42,920 nucleotides of DNA from a virus: positions 1 to 42,920 of the IMG/VR virus record IMGVR_UViG_3300045988_008560, one strand, 5' to 3'. How positions within the stretch are numbered: position 1 is the stretch's first letter; the number at the start of each line of letters is the position of its first letter. Below are positions 31,195 through 39,961 of this stretch, piece by piece. The notes beneath the pieces were generated by a model, which worked only from the letters and a program-made list of their open reading frames with translations, made no database searches and was not told the DNA's origin. The translations under genes and the position numbers were made by a program.

Positions 31195-31742
31195 CATATC
31201 CACTTGCTGATAACGTCCTCGTCCTGTTCCGTATACTGCCGCTTGAAGTCAACCAGGTGCCGGTTCTGCTTGTAAAACTCCTGTTCGCTTTTATCCAGTT
31301 TCTTCCCCTTTGCCTTTTTGTTGCGGATTCCCACAACCTGGGCAAAAGTGCAATCCCCGATTTCCTGATATGCGGATACCCACGTCCACCAGTGCAGATA
31401 CTCAACAGATCTGACTTCTTGTCCCAGAACGCGGTTGACTGGGGCAACGATCAGGGGAAAGTCCTGCTGCCAATCCATCAGCTTTGGCCCACGCTTTTCT
31501 TCACGCTGCTCTTCGCCGCAGTTGATGAATTTTGCGCATTGCTTGATTGCTTCCTCGTAGTCGCTCTGCGGCATTTCCGCAAAGTCTGGATAGAAAATGT
31601 CAAGCATGGCTTCGGCCTTTTCTTCCTCCGACAACTCAGCGTCAGACAGTGCCTCAATGATCGTTAGGATATCGCGATAGTCAGAGCGTATCTGGTACTC
31701 AGCGCCGTTTACCTCTACGGCAGTCGGCAGATCGTACCTCAT
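31194..31742 (-). CDS. Gp15-family tail assembly protein
   Basis: YQIRSDYRDILTIIEALSDAELSEEEKAEAMLDIFYPDF resembles bacteriophage Gp15 family; the last minus-strand gene before the TMP, separated from it by the plus-strand moron. Confidence 0.6.
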   Translation of the reverse strand: MRYDLPTAVEVNGAEYQIRSDYRDILTIIEALSDAELSEEEKAEAMLDIFYPDFAEMPQSDYEEAIKQCAKFINCGEEQREEKRGPKLMDWQQDFPLIVAPVNRVLGQEVRSVEYLHWWTWVSAYQEIGDCTFAQVVGIRNKKAKGKKLDKSEQEFYKQNRHLVDFKRQYTEQDEDVISKWI

Positions 31743-32158
31743 TTGTGGTACTTCTTAGTGTACTTGCTCACGCGGGGGTTGGTGGCTTTCTGTTCACGGG
31801 CAAAGGTGGTGTCAACCTCATCCATGATGGCAAGCATCAGGTTCGCCCACACCGGCAGGCCGTCCGCCAGCGCGTATACGTTCATCTCGCCGAACAGGGC
31901 AGAGCAAATGTCAAAGCCGAACACATCGTTGATGATCTCACGCATTTCCTCGTCCATCTTCCGGGCGGTTTCAAAAACTTCCCGCTTGTTGGCAGTCTTT
32001 TCCACCTCTGCCTTGTACGCATCCTGCTTCTTGTCGAGGATATCAAAGGCATTAAACAGCTTTTCCACAAAGGCGCTGTCGGTGGGGTTAAAGGAGAATT
32101 CGCATTTTCCGTTGATGTTGTAGGTAACTAAACCGGTATCGAAAATCAGGTCTTTCAT
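31739..32158 (-). CDS. tail assembly chaperone
   Basis: 139-aa acidic protein between the major tail gene and the Gp15-like gene; ATGA-coupled. Confidence 0.6.
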   Translation of the reverse strand: MKDLIFDTGLVTYNINGKCEFSFNPTDSAFVEKLFNAFDILDKKQDAYKAEVEKTANKREVFETARKMDEEMREIINDVFGFDICSALFGEMNVYALADGLPVWANLMLAIMDEVDTTFAREQKATNPRVSKYTKKYHK

Positions 32159-32174
32159 AATAGCCTCCGAAATT

Positions 32175-32205
32175 GGGGCGGGTTTGCGCCCGCCCCTTTG
32201 TTTTT
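32175..32205. terminator. GC hairpin between major tail and chaperone genes (T tract only on plus strand)
   Basis: ggggcggg-tttgcg-cccgcccc-tttgttttt; on the minus strand it is followed by only aattt and then the SD of the next gene. Confidence 0.45.
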
Positions 32206-32725
32206 AAGCCCCTGCCGTAAAGGTCACGCCACTGGTATCCTTGGTAATGGTGCCCAGCGTACGATTGCCGCCGTAGGTGATCTCACTCGTGATGTTGAGC
32301 GTACCGCCGCCGTCGCCGCCGATTCCCGTCACGGCAATAGCACAGGAATCATATCGCTCGGCAAACTTCGCCTCGCCGGACGTAGCATAGAAGTGTCCAA
32401 TCATCATATCCTGATTGGCAAGAGCCTGCGCGTCATGATCCTTGACGGCAAGGTTCCACATCTTCACCGCAGCAGCGTCACCAGAATCCATAGGGATGGG
32501 ATCAAAGGTCTGGGAAATAACGGGCTTCTTCATGGTGGTGAAGGTGTTGCCCAGGATGTCCTGTTTGCTCTCCTGACCCCAATCCATCTCTTCGCTGGAA
32601 TCCTCCACGCGCTTACCGATGGCGCTCCAAGTGGGAGCTTCCTTAGAGCCGGTATTTAGATACGCGATCAAAAGCTCGCGGTCAATGGTCTGACCTTCGG
32701 GCGTCGCAAAAGTTAAATCTGCCAT
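32204..32725 (-). CDS. major tail protein
   Basis: 173 aa, position upstream of chaperones, followed by a hairpin. Confidence 0.75.
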   Translation of the reverse strand: MADLTFATPEGQTIDRELLIAYLNTGSKEAPTWSAIGKRVEDSSEEMDWGQESKQDILGNTFTTMKKPVISQTFDPIPMDSGDAAAVKMWNLAVKDHDAQALANQDMMIGHFYATSGEAKFAERYDSCAIAVTGIGGDGGGTLNITSEITYGGNRTLGTITKDTSGVTFTAGA

Positions 32726-33189
32726 TATATATTCACCTCGTAAATCAGTTTTAGCGGGACCATGTAGTCCTCGTATTGGTCGCTTGTCGCGCCGAGATAC
32801 GATGCAAACGCAGAAGTCTCAACGCGGAGGGCGCGCCTGCCCTCTCCAATGTCCGGTCGCTGCATCTGCGCCCAGTCCGCAAATTTGTTCAGCACTTCAA
32901 CCGCCTTCAAGCGTGTATCGTCGCTCTTGCCGGGTGGTGCGATCTGGTAATGGATTTCAAACGAATACTTCGCCTGATATCCACCGCAGATATACTTCTT
33001 GGTAATAACGGCTCCCTGAACGGAGGAAAGCGCCATGCCTACCGTTTTTGCCGCGAAATACTCGTACTTGATCAGATCCACATTCTCCGGAATACCGGGA
33101 AAGCGGTTCGACCAAATCAGCATCAGGCGGTCAAGGTCTGCCTTTTCGCTGCTGGATGCCAGCATTACAGGTTTTTCTTTAGAGATCAC
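32725..33189 (-). CDS. tail completion / head-tail joining protein
   Basis: 154-aa ORF (GTG 33189, alternative ATG 33165) between the connector genes and the major tail gene. Confidence 0.55.
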   Translation of the reverse strand: MISKEKPVMLASSSEKADLDRLMLIWSNRFPGIPENVDLIKYEYFAAKTVGMALSSVQGAVITKKYICGGYQAKYSFEIHYQIAPPGKSDDTRLKAVEVLNKFADWAQMQRPDIGEGRRALRVETSAFASYLGATSDQYEDYMVPLKLIYEVNI

Positions 33190-33589
33190 GCTTCACCGCC
33201 TTTTCTGCTACACGCACCCACTTCTCCATGTTCTGCGCCTTGGATGCTTCAAACCAATGGGAGCAAGTCCCGGTTCTGTGGAAAATCAAATTCTTTTCCG
33301 GCACCGCCGGAACCTTCGTAACGCCTTTCCGCGCATAAGAGCTTCCGGTCAGCGGGTCAACGTACAGTTTGCCGTAGTACAAATATCTGGCATACGGACC
33401 TGGATAAACAACCGTGTTTCCCGTTACCCTTGTACGCGTTCTAAGAGAGCCTGTGAGCATAGGCACGAACGGAGCGGTATCTTTTGCGACCTGCACCGCC
33501 AGAACGTGTTCTGCGCGATTACAGCCCTTGGAAACGGCCTCTTTTACAGCGTCCATGCCGTCCGTCTGAACGGAAAATTTCAACGCCAT
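33179..33589 (-). CDS. head-tail joining (minor capsid family) protein
   Basis: Trimmed to MALKFSVQTDGMDAVKEAV...; its 5' 219 nt is duplicated at 42175..42393. Confidence 0.6.
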   Translation of the reverse strand: MALKFSVQTDGMDAVKEAVSKGCNRAEHVLAVQVAKDTAPFVPMLTGSLRTRTRVTGNTVVYPGPYARYLYYGKLYVDPLTGSSYARKGVTKVPAVPEKNLIFHRTGTCSHWFEASKAQNMEKWVRVAEKAVKRDL

Positions 33590-33631
33590 ATTACACGCAT
33601 CCGACCTGCCAGTGCTGCATATCAACGCTGC
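33371..33631. repeat. 261-bp segment duplicated (about 94% identity) at 42175..42435
   Basis: Hand alignment, no indels, 15 substitutions counted; spans the junction of genes 33591..34040 and 33179..33589. Confidence 0.85.
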
Positions 33632-34040
33632 CGAAATCTTTCTCGTCAACCTTGGTCACGGTGTAGCAGTTATCTTGAGCCAGCGCCACGGTTTCGTTAT
33701 CCGTCACAAACTCGCCTTTGATGAAAAACGTTGTACCGCCATTTCCTTTAACGGAAAGCGTCCATAGTCCGGATTTGTCCTCCGCTGCGTAAAACCGCTG
33801 CGGACCGGCATAGGTTTTTGCCTTGCCAGTAAAGCCGTCCACCGCTTTTACGCCGAATGGAATGTAGAGATCAACCGCATCCGCTCCCTCAAGCCCGCTC
33901 TCGCGCACGTTAACAGCTTTAGATGCTTGCAGCATTACGCCACGAAGTACGGTCACATACAGCTTTTGCGTTTCCTGAAACGTCTCCTTGTCGGTTTCTT
34001 TGACCGGATTGTAGATTGTTACAGTGTGGGGAGCGTACAT
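33591..34040 (-). CDS. head closure / minor capsid family protein
   Basis: Trimmed to MYAPHTVTIYNPVKE; position between connector and tail-joining genes. Confidence 0.55.
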   Translation of the reverse strand: MYAPHTVTIYNPVKETDKETFQETQKLYVTVLRGVMLQASKAVNVRESGLEGADAVDLYIPFGVKAVDGFTGKAKTYAGPQRFYAAEDKSGLWTLSVKGNGGTTFFIKGEFVTDNETVALAQDNCYTVTKVDEKDFGSVDMQHWQVGCV

Positions 34041-34459
34041 GATCCGCACCCCCTCCCTCGGTACAGCAAGCCAGTGTGGGCGAGATACTCCATGCAGGTC
34101 TCTGCGAGCAGCTTTCTTTCCCCATCCGTAGCGTTCAGCGCAGAAACGGCAGATTCGCCGCCGATCGCCAGTGTGCGGGAATAACCGCCCACCGTCTCGC
34201 TTTTGACTTCTGCGTCATTAGCGGCAGCAGTCGCCAGGTTCTTCATTGCAAGCGCCTGCGCAGCTTCGATAACCGCGTACTTGTCAACCAGCGCACAGCA
34301 GCACATCTTTACCGCATCCAGATCCGCGTTGTCCTTGGCTCGGTTCTGCGTGAAATAATCGAGGAAGGAGCTGGCCCGGACAGCCAGACGCGGAAAATCC
34401 CCACTGCTTACAGTGCCCATATAGACACCGGAGTAGTATGTGTAATCAGCGTATGTCAA
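34019..34459 (-). CDS. head-tail connector (gp6-like) protein
   Basis: TTG start after AAGGAG; TYADYTYYSGVYMG...FPRLAVRASSFLDYFTQNR pattern typical of gp6-like connectors. Confidence 0.6.
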   Translation of the reverse strand: MTYADYTYYSGVYMGTVSSGDFPRLAVRASSFLDYFTQNRAKDNADLDAVKMCCCALVDKYAVIEAAQALAMKNLATAAANDAEVKSETVGGYSRTLAIGGESAVSALNATDGERKLLAETCMEYLAHTGLLYRGRGCGSCTLPTL

Positions 34460-34479
34460 TTGGGTCAGCTCCTTTCAAA

Positions 34480-35694
34480 TCAGCCAGAAACAGTGACAGT
34501 AGCAGTGCCGGTCTTTGTGCCGTCCTGCTTGGACTTGGCGGTAACGGTAATACTGTCCTTGGTTTCGGTAGCGGAGACAGTCAGGACGCCCTCATCACTG
34601 ATTTTGCTCTTGGTTCCATCCTGAGACCATTCAACCTCGCCGTTGATGATGCCCTCACCGTCAACCTTGGCGGTAAACAGCTTGCTTTCGCCCTTCTTTA
34701 CGGTGGCGGTAGCAGGGGACACAGCAACGGTGGAGATAGCACCGCCCTTGCCGTAAACGGAGAAGGGGAACGGGTTCACCTTTTCTGCGTTGTAAGCGTT
34801 GATGGGGTTTGCAATCTCCCAGCCAAGACGCATGACAGCGCGCAGTGCGACCATATCGTTCTGCATGAGGTTGTAGACGATGTCCTTCGTGGCGGGGTCC
34901 TGAATCACGCCTTCGGTAAAGACCTTGAAGGTCATATCCTGGCGAATGGCATAAACGAGCTGGCTCCAATCGCCGACGATCATCTGCGCCTGCGCAGGGT
35001 CGAACGCGCCGTTCATGGGGAAGTACATATCCATACCGTCAAGGCCGTATCTGGTAGCGCCCTGCATATCGGTCTTGAAGATGGGCTGGCCAGTGGTGTC
35101 TTTCAGGCCGCGCAGCTTGCCGCGCATCTGGATTGCAGACATTACGCCATTAGGATTAAAGCCGTCCAGCTCGACCTTGGAAATCAAGCCGCCTTCGCCC
35201 ATAATGTCATCGAACACGCTATCGCTCACAGGGACACCGTTGCCAGCAGCAATGGCAGCAGGGACAACTCCTTCACGCCAAGTGCCGGGCTTATTCGTGC
35301 CAAACAGGATAGCGGAATCAATGACCTTGCCAAAAGCCTCGGTCAGTCTGGGCTTAACCTCGCCCCAGATGTCATAGTCAGCGTCATCGAGTGCAGCCTC
35401 GGGGATGGGGACGATAACTGCGATTTCCTCGGCATACAACTTCTTCTTGTCCCATGCCATCTTAGTGGTCTGCTTGAATGCCTCACCAGAGCCACTGTCA
35501 GAAGCTTCGCCGTTGACAAAGTACGCAGAGGGAAGGGCGTCAAGCACGTTGATGGTCTGCGTCTTGCTGGACATATTTGCCAGTCTGCGGCCCATGCGCA
35601 GAACGGCAGATTCAGCGATAGCGCCCTGCATGATCTCGCGGGTTACGGGTTCCGGGATCAGGCCAGAAAGTGCGGAACGATCAATACTTGCCAT
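34480..35694 (-). CDS. major capsid protein with C-terminal Ig-like (Big_2-type) domain
   Basis: 404 aa after scaffold gene; C-terminus TVAVSPATATVKKGESKLFTAKV...ITVTAKSKQDGTKTGTATVTVSG is Ig-like. Confidence 0.85.
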   Translation of the reverse strand: MASIDRSALSGLIPEPVTREIMQGAIAESAVLRMGRRLANMSSKTQTINVLDALPSAYFVNGEASDSGSGEAFKQTTKMAWDKKKLYAEEIAVIVPIPEAALDDADYDIWGEVKPRLTEAFGKVIDSAILFGTNKPGTWREGVVPAAIAAGNGVPVSDSVFDDIMGEGGLISKVELDGFNPNGVMSAIQMRGKLRGLKDTTGQPIFKTDMQGATRYGLDGMDMYFPMNGAFDPAQAQMIVGDWSQLVYAIRQDMTFKVFTEGVIQDPATKDIVYNLMQNDMVALRAVMRLGWEIANPINAYNAEKVNPFPFSVYGKGGAISTVAVSPATATVKKGESKLFTAKVDGEGIINGEVEWSQDGTKSKISDEGVLTVSATETKDSITVTAKSKQDGTKTGTATVTVSG

Positions 35695-35712
35695 GTTATA
35701 TTCTCCTTTTTG

Positions 35713-36210
35713 TTACTTGAGTGCGCCGCGAATCAGATTGTTCATCGCGGCATTGGTGTCAGTTTTCTTTTCACCGCCGCCAACGGCAGCGGACCAGTCA
35801 ATTTTTACGCCATCCTGAAACGCGGACGGATCGGCGCTGACTTGTTCCTCGTGCCATTTGTCAAACCCATCAAGCGCGCCGTCTTTGATCTCAAGATGCT
35901 TTGCTTTCAGGTCTGCCAAATATGCCTTCTCGGCAGCTTTAGAGCTAAACTTCACGCCTTTCTCAAAAAGCGTTTTACGGATAACGTCTGCGTAGTCATA
36001 ATCGGCAATCTTGGACTTGTAGCCCTCGATCTCCTTTTTGAGTGCGTCCGTTTCCGCGTTGCCGTTTGCTAAAAACTGCTTGTTTTTTTCCACTTCCGCG
36101 TCCAGCTTGCTCTGAACAGTCGAAAGCGCCTTTGTGATTCGCCTGTCGAACTCCGCCTTATAGGTGGGGTCAGCCAGTATTTCATCAAAAGTCTTAATTT
36201 CGTCTGCCAT
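35713..36210 (-). CDS. scaffolding protein
   Basis: 165-aa charged, helical protein directly upstream of the capsid gene. Confidence 0.75.
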   Translation of the reverse strand: MADEIKTFDEILADPTYKAEFDRRITKALSTVQSKLDAEVEKNKQFLANGNAETDALKKEIEGYKSKIADYDYADVIRKTLFEKGVKFSSKAAEKAYLADLKAKHLEIKDGALDGFDKWHEEQVSADPSAFQDGVKIDWSAAVGGGEKKTDTNAAMNNLIRGALK

Positions 36211-36322
36211 TTTTTATTCTCCTTTATTCCACAGCGTCATTCCCCACTGCGTATTACAACAAAAGAGCCAACCACCGAGAAAACCTCAGTCGTTGGCTCC
36301 TATTGCCCTTTCCCGTGCCCAA

Positions 36323-36454
36323 TTACGCGGGAGTTGAATATTTGATTGTTTTCTTGACCTCTAACACGATGTACCCGTCACCCTTGCGCCGGATCTCTGC
36401 GTCATTGCCGCGCCGGATAATAGCCTCGATGGCCTGCATCAGTTTATCATCCAT
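36323..36454 (-). CDS. small hypothetical protein (43 aa), not in ORF track
   Basis: MDDKLMQAIEAIIRRGNDAEIRRKGDGYIVLEVKKTIKYSTPA; TAATG overlap with upstream gene. Confidence 0.4.
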   Translation of the reverse strand: MDDKLMQAIEAIIRRGNDAEIRRKGDGYIVLEVKKTIKYSTPA

Positions 36455-36753
36455 TAGCCTACCCCGATTTCTTTCAAATATGATTCATACTCATAGGGGA
36501 CGCCAATATCATAATTCTTGTAGTAATGCAGGAACTCATACGGAAAGGTGAATTTACCGTCCCAAAACATACCTGCGTGAAGTTCTTCGCCAGTAAACAT
36601 ATCAGAACTGGGCAGCGATGTCAGCCCGGCATCGAGGGAGGAAATGTGGCTTAAAATCGCTTCTTTTGGGATACTATTTTTGTATTTCTTATAGTCTTCA
36701 AAATTCTCAATAGAATTCTTGTATGGCAATCCTTTAAAAAAACCGAAATCCAT
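36454..36753 (-). CDS. AT-rich small protein, candidate immunity partner of the MuF C-terminal domain
   Basis: 99 aa, starts 1 nt after the MuF stop; Tyr/Phe/Lys-rich, composition unlike neighbouring head genes. Confidence 0.7.
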   Translation of the reverse strand: MDFGFFKGLPYKNSIENFEDYKKYKNSIPKEAILSHISSLDAGLTSLPSSDMFTGEELHAGMFWDGKFTFPYEFLHYYKNYDIGVPYEYESYLKEIGVG

Positions 36754-36754
36754 G

Positions 36755-38524
36755 TCACTTTCTCCTTCCTCTTTGATTTGGGGTAAACGTCAAAATATTT
36801 CCTTCCCCATGCGTTCCTACTTTCAGTACGCCAGCACCGGAAATAAAAAGCACATCGTCTGGGGCTTTTACTTCAACGCCAAGTGCATTTGCCAGCTCTT
36901 CTGCGAAGCAATAATCGTTTTCCATGCGTGCGCCTGTGCTACAAGATAGCAAACGAACTTTCTGGCCGTTCCACCCCTTACTATGCCGAATGACTGCGGC
37001 AAGTAAGCGCGGTGACATATTGAGTTCTTTTGTGCCAAATCCGACTGCCGTCTGGCTTCCGTGCATAGCGACGTCAAAATACGTTTTAAGAGGTTTTACC
37101 ATTTTAACGTTTTCATTCAGCGGGTCACTGTCCGGGAAGCAAGCAAAGCCATTTTCCAGCTTTATTGTACGTCTTTTCACAATAGAATTCAAGTTATCTC
37201 TTGCGTCTGCGCCGAAAAACTTGAGAGTGTCGCTATCGTCTTTAGCGTTAGACGCTGCCACTTCCGCCCGATGCGTTTTCATGGCATTTGCCATTTTTAA
37301 CATTGCATCATCCGTGAAATAGACGCGCATCCGCTCCGGTTGCTCCGGCAGGCCAGCTTCCGCGCTGAACGCCTTGTATTTGGCGTTTAACCGCCGTAGC
37401 CGTATGTTTACCGCAGTCTCATCTTCATGCAATCCTGCGGCCTTGTAGGCGGCTTTTTCGCGCTTTAGCTTTCTAACGGTCCGCTCAATGCGGCGCTGCA
37501 TCTGGGTTGCCTCGTATGCCGTGTAATCCTTGCCATCAAACGTGCATCCATGGCCATCATCGATGTGTTCCAACTGTTCATCCGTGTAAGTGCGCTCGGA
37601 CACGCCCTCAACCCACGGGAACCGCCTGTGGCGGCAGTTGGCCCCTTCCAGACCGTCAACAGTGCCCAGGCCGCAAACGTCATAAATGCTCGGATAAATG
37701 TCTCCGGCACGGACGCTGTAAACACGTCCTTGCCAATCCTTATGTGATGACCACGGTGAAGGTCCCGGCTTATCTCGTGCGCCAACATGGGCCGAAACTT
37801 CAAAGTAGGGTGTATCCAGATATTCTGCGGATTGCTCCGTATACTTGGCGCAGATTTGAGATACGCCGGTCATTACGGCTCTTCGCACGGCAACATCGAC
37901 ATGATCCCGATGGCCACTTTCGTAGTCAACCACTTTTAGACCGCTGTCCGCAAGTTCCTTCACAGCCGTTTTAATCGCCTGATTGTAGTTGATTGCTCCG
38001 CTTTGCACCTGCAACGCTGCGCTGTCAAGTGCCCATTGGTACGCTTTGGCAGGTGGGAGCATTGTACGCCCAGCGTCCACCAAGAAGCCCATGGATGCGG
38101 TCAGATTGTGGAATGTATCAAGTGTCTGCGTCCTAATCGCCGCCACTTCCGCAGCGTCAACCAGTGTCTCAGGCTTGGTGATATGCGCAAGGTCAATCAT
38201 ATCGGTGTAATACTGTTGGTTCCTTGCGACCACATCGCCCAGCAGCTTGTCCAGCTTAGTTTTGCTGATGCCGGAAGTCTCGTGGATTGCTTTCTTGATT
38301 TCCTTAAGGTCGATGCCGTGGGACCGTAGCGCCCGAATGTCCTGCACCGTGACCTCGTTCAGTTCATCCGCAGCTTTCAGCCGGGAGCAGATTTCATCCA
38401 GCAATACGAGTTCAAGTGCCCGGAACAGTTCTGCCAGATCCTCTGGGAGCGCATCAAGTAGTTCCGGGGTAAATGGATACCGGCTCATTTTTCGCAACCC
38501 CAAAAGTCCCAGTATTTTCTCCAA
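36755..38524 (-). CDS. MuF/SPP1 gp7-like head morphogenesis protein with about 150-aa C-terminal extension
   Basis: Follows portal; core region YFEVSAHVGARDKPGPSPWSSHKDWQGRVYS...GLEGANCRHRRFPW typical of MuF-like proteins; extension DVAMHGSQTAVGF...KVRLLSCSTG; start TTG 38524 or ATG 38488. Confidence 0.75.
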   Translation of the reverse strand: MEKILGLLGLRKMSRYPFTPELLDALPEDLAELFRALELVLLDEICSRLKAADELNEVTVQDIRALRSHGIDLKEIKKAIHETSGISKTKLDKLLGDVVARNQQYYTDMIDLAHITKPETLVDAAEVAAIRTQTLDTFHNLTASMGFLVDAGRTMLPPAKAYQWALDSAALQVQSGAINYNQAIKTAVKELADSGLKVVDYESGHRDHVDVAVRRAVMTGVSQICAKYTEQSAEYLDTPYFEVSAHVGARDKPGPSPWSSHKDWQGRVYSVRAGDIYPSIYDVCGLGTVDGLEGANCRHRRFPWVEGVSERTYTDEQLEHIDDGHGCTFDGKDYTAYEATQMQRRIERTVRKLKREKAAYKAAGLHEDETAVNIRLRRLNAKYKAFSAEAGLPEQPERMRVYFTDDAMLKMANAMKTHRAEVAASNAKDDSDTLKFFGADARDNLNSIVKRRTIKLENGFACFPDSDPLNENVKMVKPLKTYFDVAMHGSQTAVGFGTKELNMSPRLLAAVIRHSKGWNGQKVRLLSCSTGARMENDYCFAEELANALGVEVKAPDDVLFISGAGVLKVGTHGEGNILTFTPNQRGRRK

Positions 38525-38530
38525 ATCCCA

Positions 38531-39961
38531 TTACTCGACCTCCGTTTCTTCCTCGGTCACCATGTCCTGCATCTTTGGTAGCGATGCCTTTGCGGTGGCT
38601 TCGTCCTCATTCATGTATTTTGCCCGGAATTCCCAAGCGTTCATGATCCCTGCGTTGAGCATTTGCAGGTCACGGGCAAATTCGCTCTGCTTGTCCTCAA
38701 TGATGGAATCATCAAAATCAATGCTGATTTCAACATTTTCATCAAGCCCTGCGCCCAACGCCTTATTACCAAGTCGCAGAAGGACCCTGCAAAGCTCAAC
38801 CAGAGCACTTTCCAAAATGACTTCATGCTTTTTGATCGTGCGGAACATGGTACTATTCTCGCTGATTACCTGCGTGGCTGTTGCCACGCTGCCGCCATTA
38901 AACCGATAATAGGTTTCGCCAAACCCGCATTTGCTGGAAAGCATATTAAGATGGTCTTGCAGGCCGACATTCAGCGCAGCCGTCCTCAGCTCCGGCGCAA
39001 CGGTCTCAACAACGCTCCCCTGCTGTGTATCTTCCGGGAGAAGGTAAAACCGCCTGTCATTGTCATCCAGTGTCGGTTCACCGTCTTCATACTTTGTCGC
39101 TGACATTTTGACCATCATCATCATGGGGCCGTTTTCAAACTCATTGACGTAGCAATCATACGCAGTATCAACGCCGCGAAGGACATCAATGGAATTTGCA
39201 AAAACGGAAATGCCAACAGGCAGAAGATAATTGAAGTTGTTTGCAATGTTCGGCTTGTCAATTACAAACTGCCGTTTATTGCTTCCGGTATATACCACAG
39301 GGGGGATGCGCTCAAACCCGGGAACATTCTTCAAATCTTCATCGGACAACTGTTCGTTCTGGTATCGGTAAATTCGGTTTTCGATTACATACGTCCCATC
39401 ATTCGCTCTGCGGTGGATCTGAAAATACACATAATCTTTTCCGCCTCGCGTAACCCTGGAAGTAAAAGCGCAATCATAAATAAAGCCGTTCTGCCATGCA
39501 AGTGGGTAAATGTCATGCATCGTGGCATAATCAATCGCAATGCTGGACGCGTCACCGGGGATGATCTCTCCGGAATCCGTCACGCCCTGCCCCGTCACGC
39601 GGGGTATATATGCCACCGTCCCCAGTGCGGATTTCATCTCCTGCATCTCATTAGCTTTAACGGTGAAATTGTTCTCCGCCAAAACGCGATCAATGAAATC
39701 CTGTTCTTTTTTGCCCTCAAGCGTGATTTTGACTTTTTCGTTCATGAGCAGGTTCGCCCAGTCCTCGCAGACCTTTTTCCCCATACTAAGCGTTGCTCTA
39801 TTGTGTTTAGTCCACTTGTGGCCGTTATATCTGCGGTACTGGTGGAAGCCCTTCACTTTACCAACGTACCATGATTCCCACAGATCAACTTGCCCATAAA
39901 ACTCTTCAGAGATCGTTGTATAGCCAAGCTCTTTTAACTTTTGGATAACTGCACTGCTCAT
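38531..39961 (-). CDS. portal protein (SPP1 gp6 family)
   Basis: 476 aa after terL; N-terminal EEFYGQVDLWESWYVGKVKGFHQYRRYNG pattern of SPP1-type portals. Confidence 0.85.
   Translation of the reverse strand: MSSAVIQKLKELGYTTISEEFYGQVDLWESWYVGKVKGFHQYRRYNGHKWTKHNRATLSMGKKVCEDWANLLMNEKVKITLEGKKEQDFIDRVLAENNFTVKANEMQEMKSALGTVAYIPRVTGQGVTDSGEIIPGDASSIAIDYATMHDIYPLAWQNGFIYDCAFTSRVTRGGKDYVYFQIHRRANDGTYVIENRIYRYQNEQLSDEDLKNVPGFERIPPVVYTGSNKRQFVIDKPNIANNFNYLLPVGISVFANSIDVLRGVDTAYDCYVNEFENGPMMMMVKMSATKYEDGEPTLDDNDRRFYLLPEDTQQGSVVETVAPELRTAALNVGLQDHLNMLSSKCGFGETYYRFNGGSVATATQVISENSTMFRTIKKHEVILESALVELCRVLLRLGNKALGAGLDENVEISIDFDDSIIEDKQSEFARDLQMLNAGIMNAWEFRAKYMNEDEATAKASLPKMQDMVTEEETEVE

Noticed and set aside
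31194-32158. A programmed -1 frameshift between the tail chaperone genes (G/GT type)
   Set aside because: The two ORFs are joined by an ordinary ATGA overlap with a separate start codon. I saw no slippery heptamer near the junction.
34438-36072. A 544-aa plus-strand ORF antisense to the capsid and scaffold genes. Similar long antisense ORFs occur at 28497..29513, 17797..18531, 6692..7420 and 21572..22387.
   Set aside because: The sequences are low-complexity and have no SD. They overlap well-supported minus-strand genes throughout. Long stop-free antisense frames are a known by-product of GC-rich codon usage.
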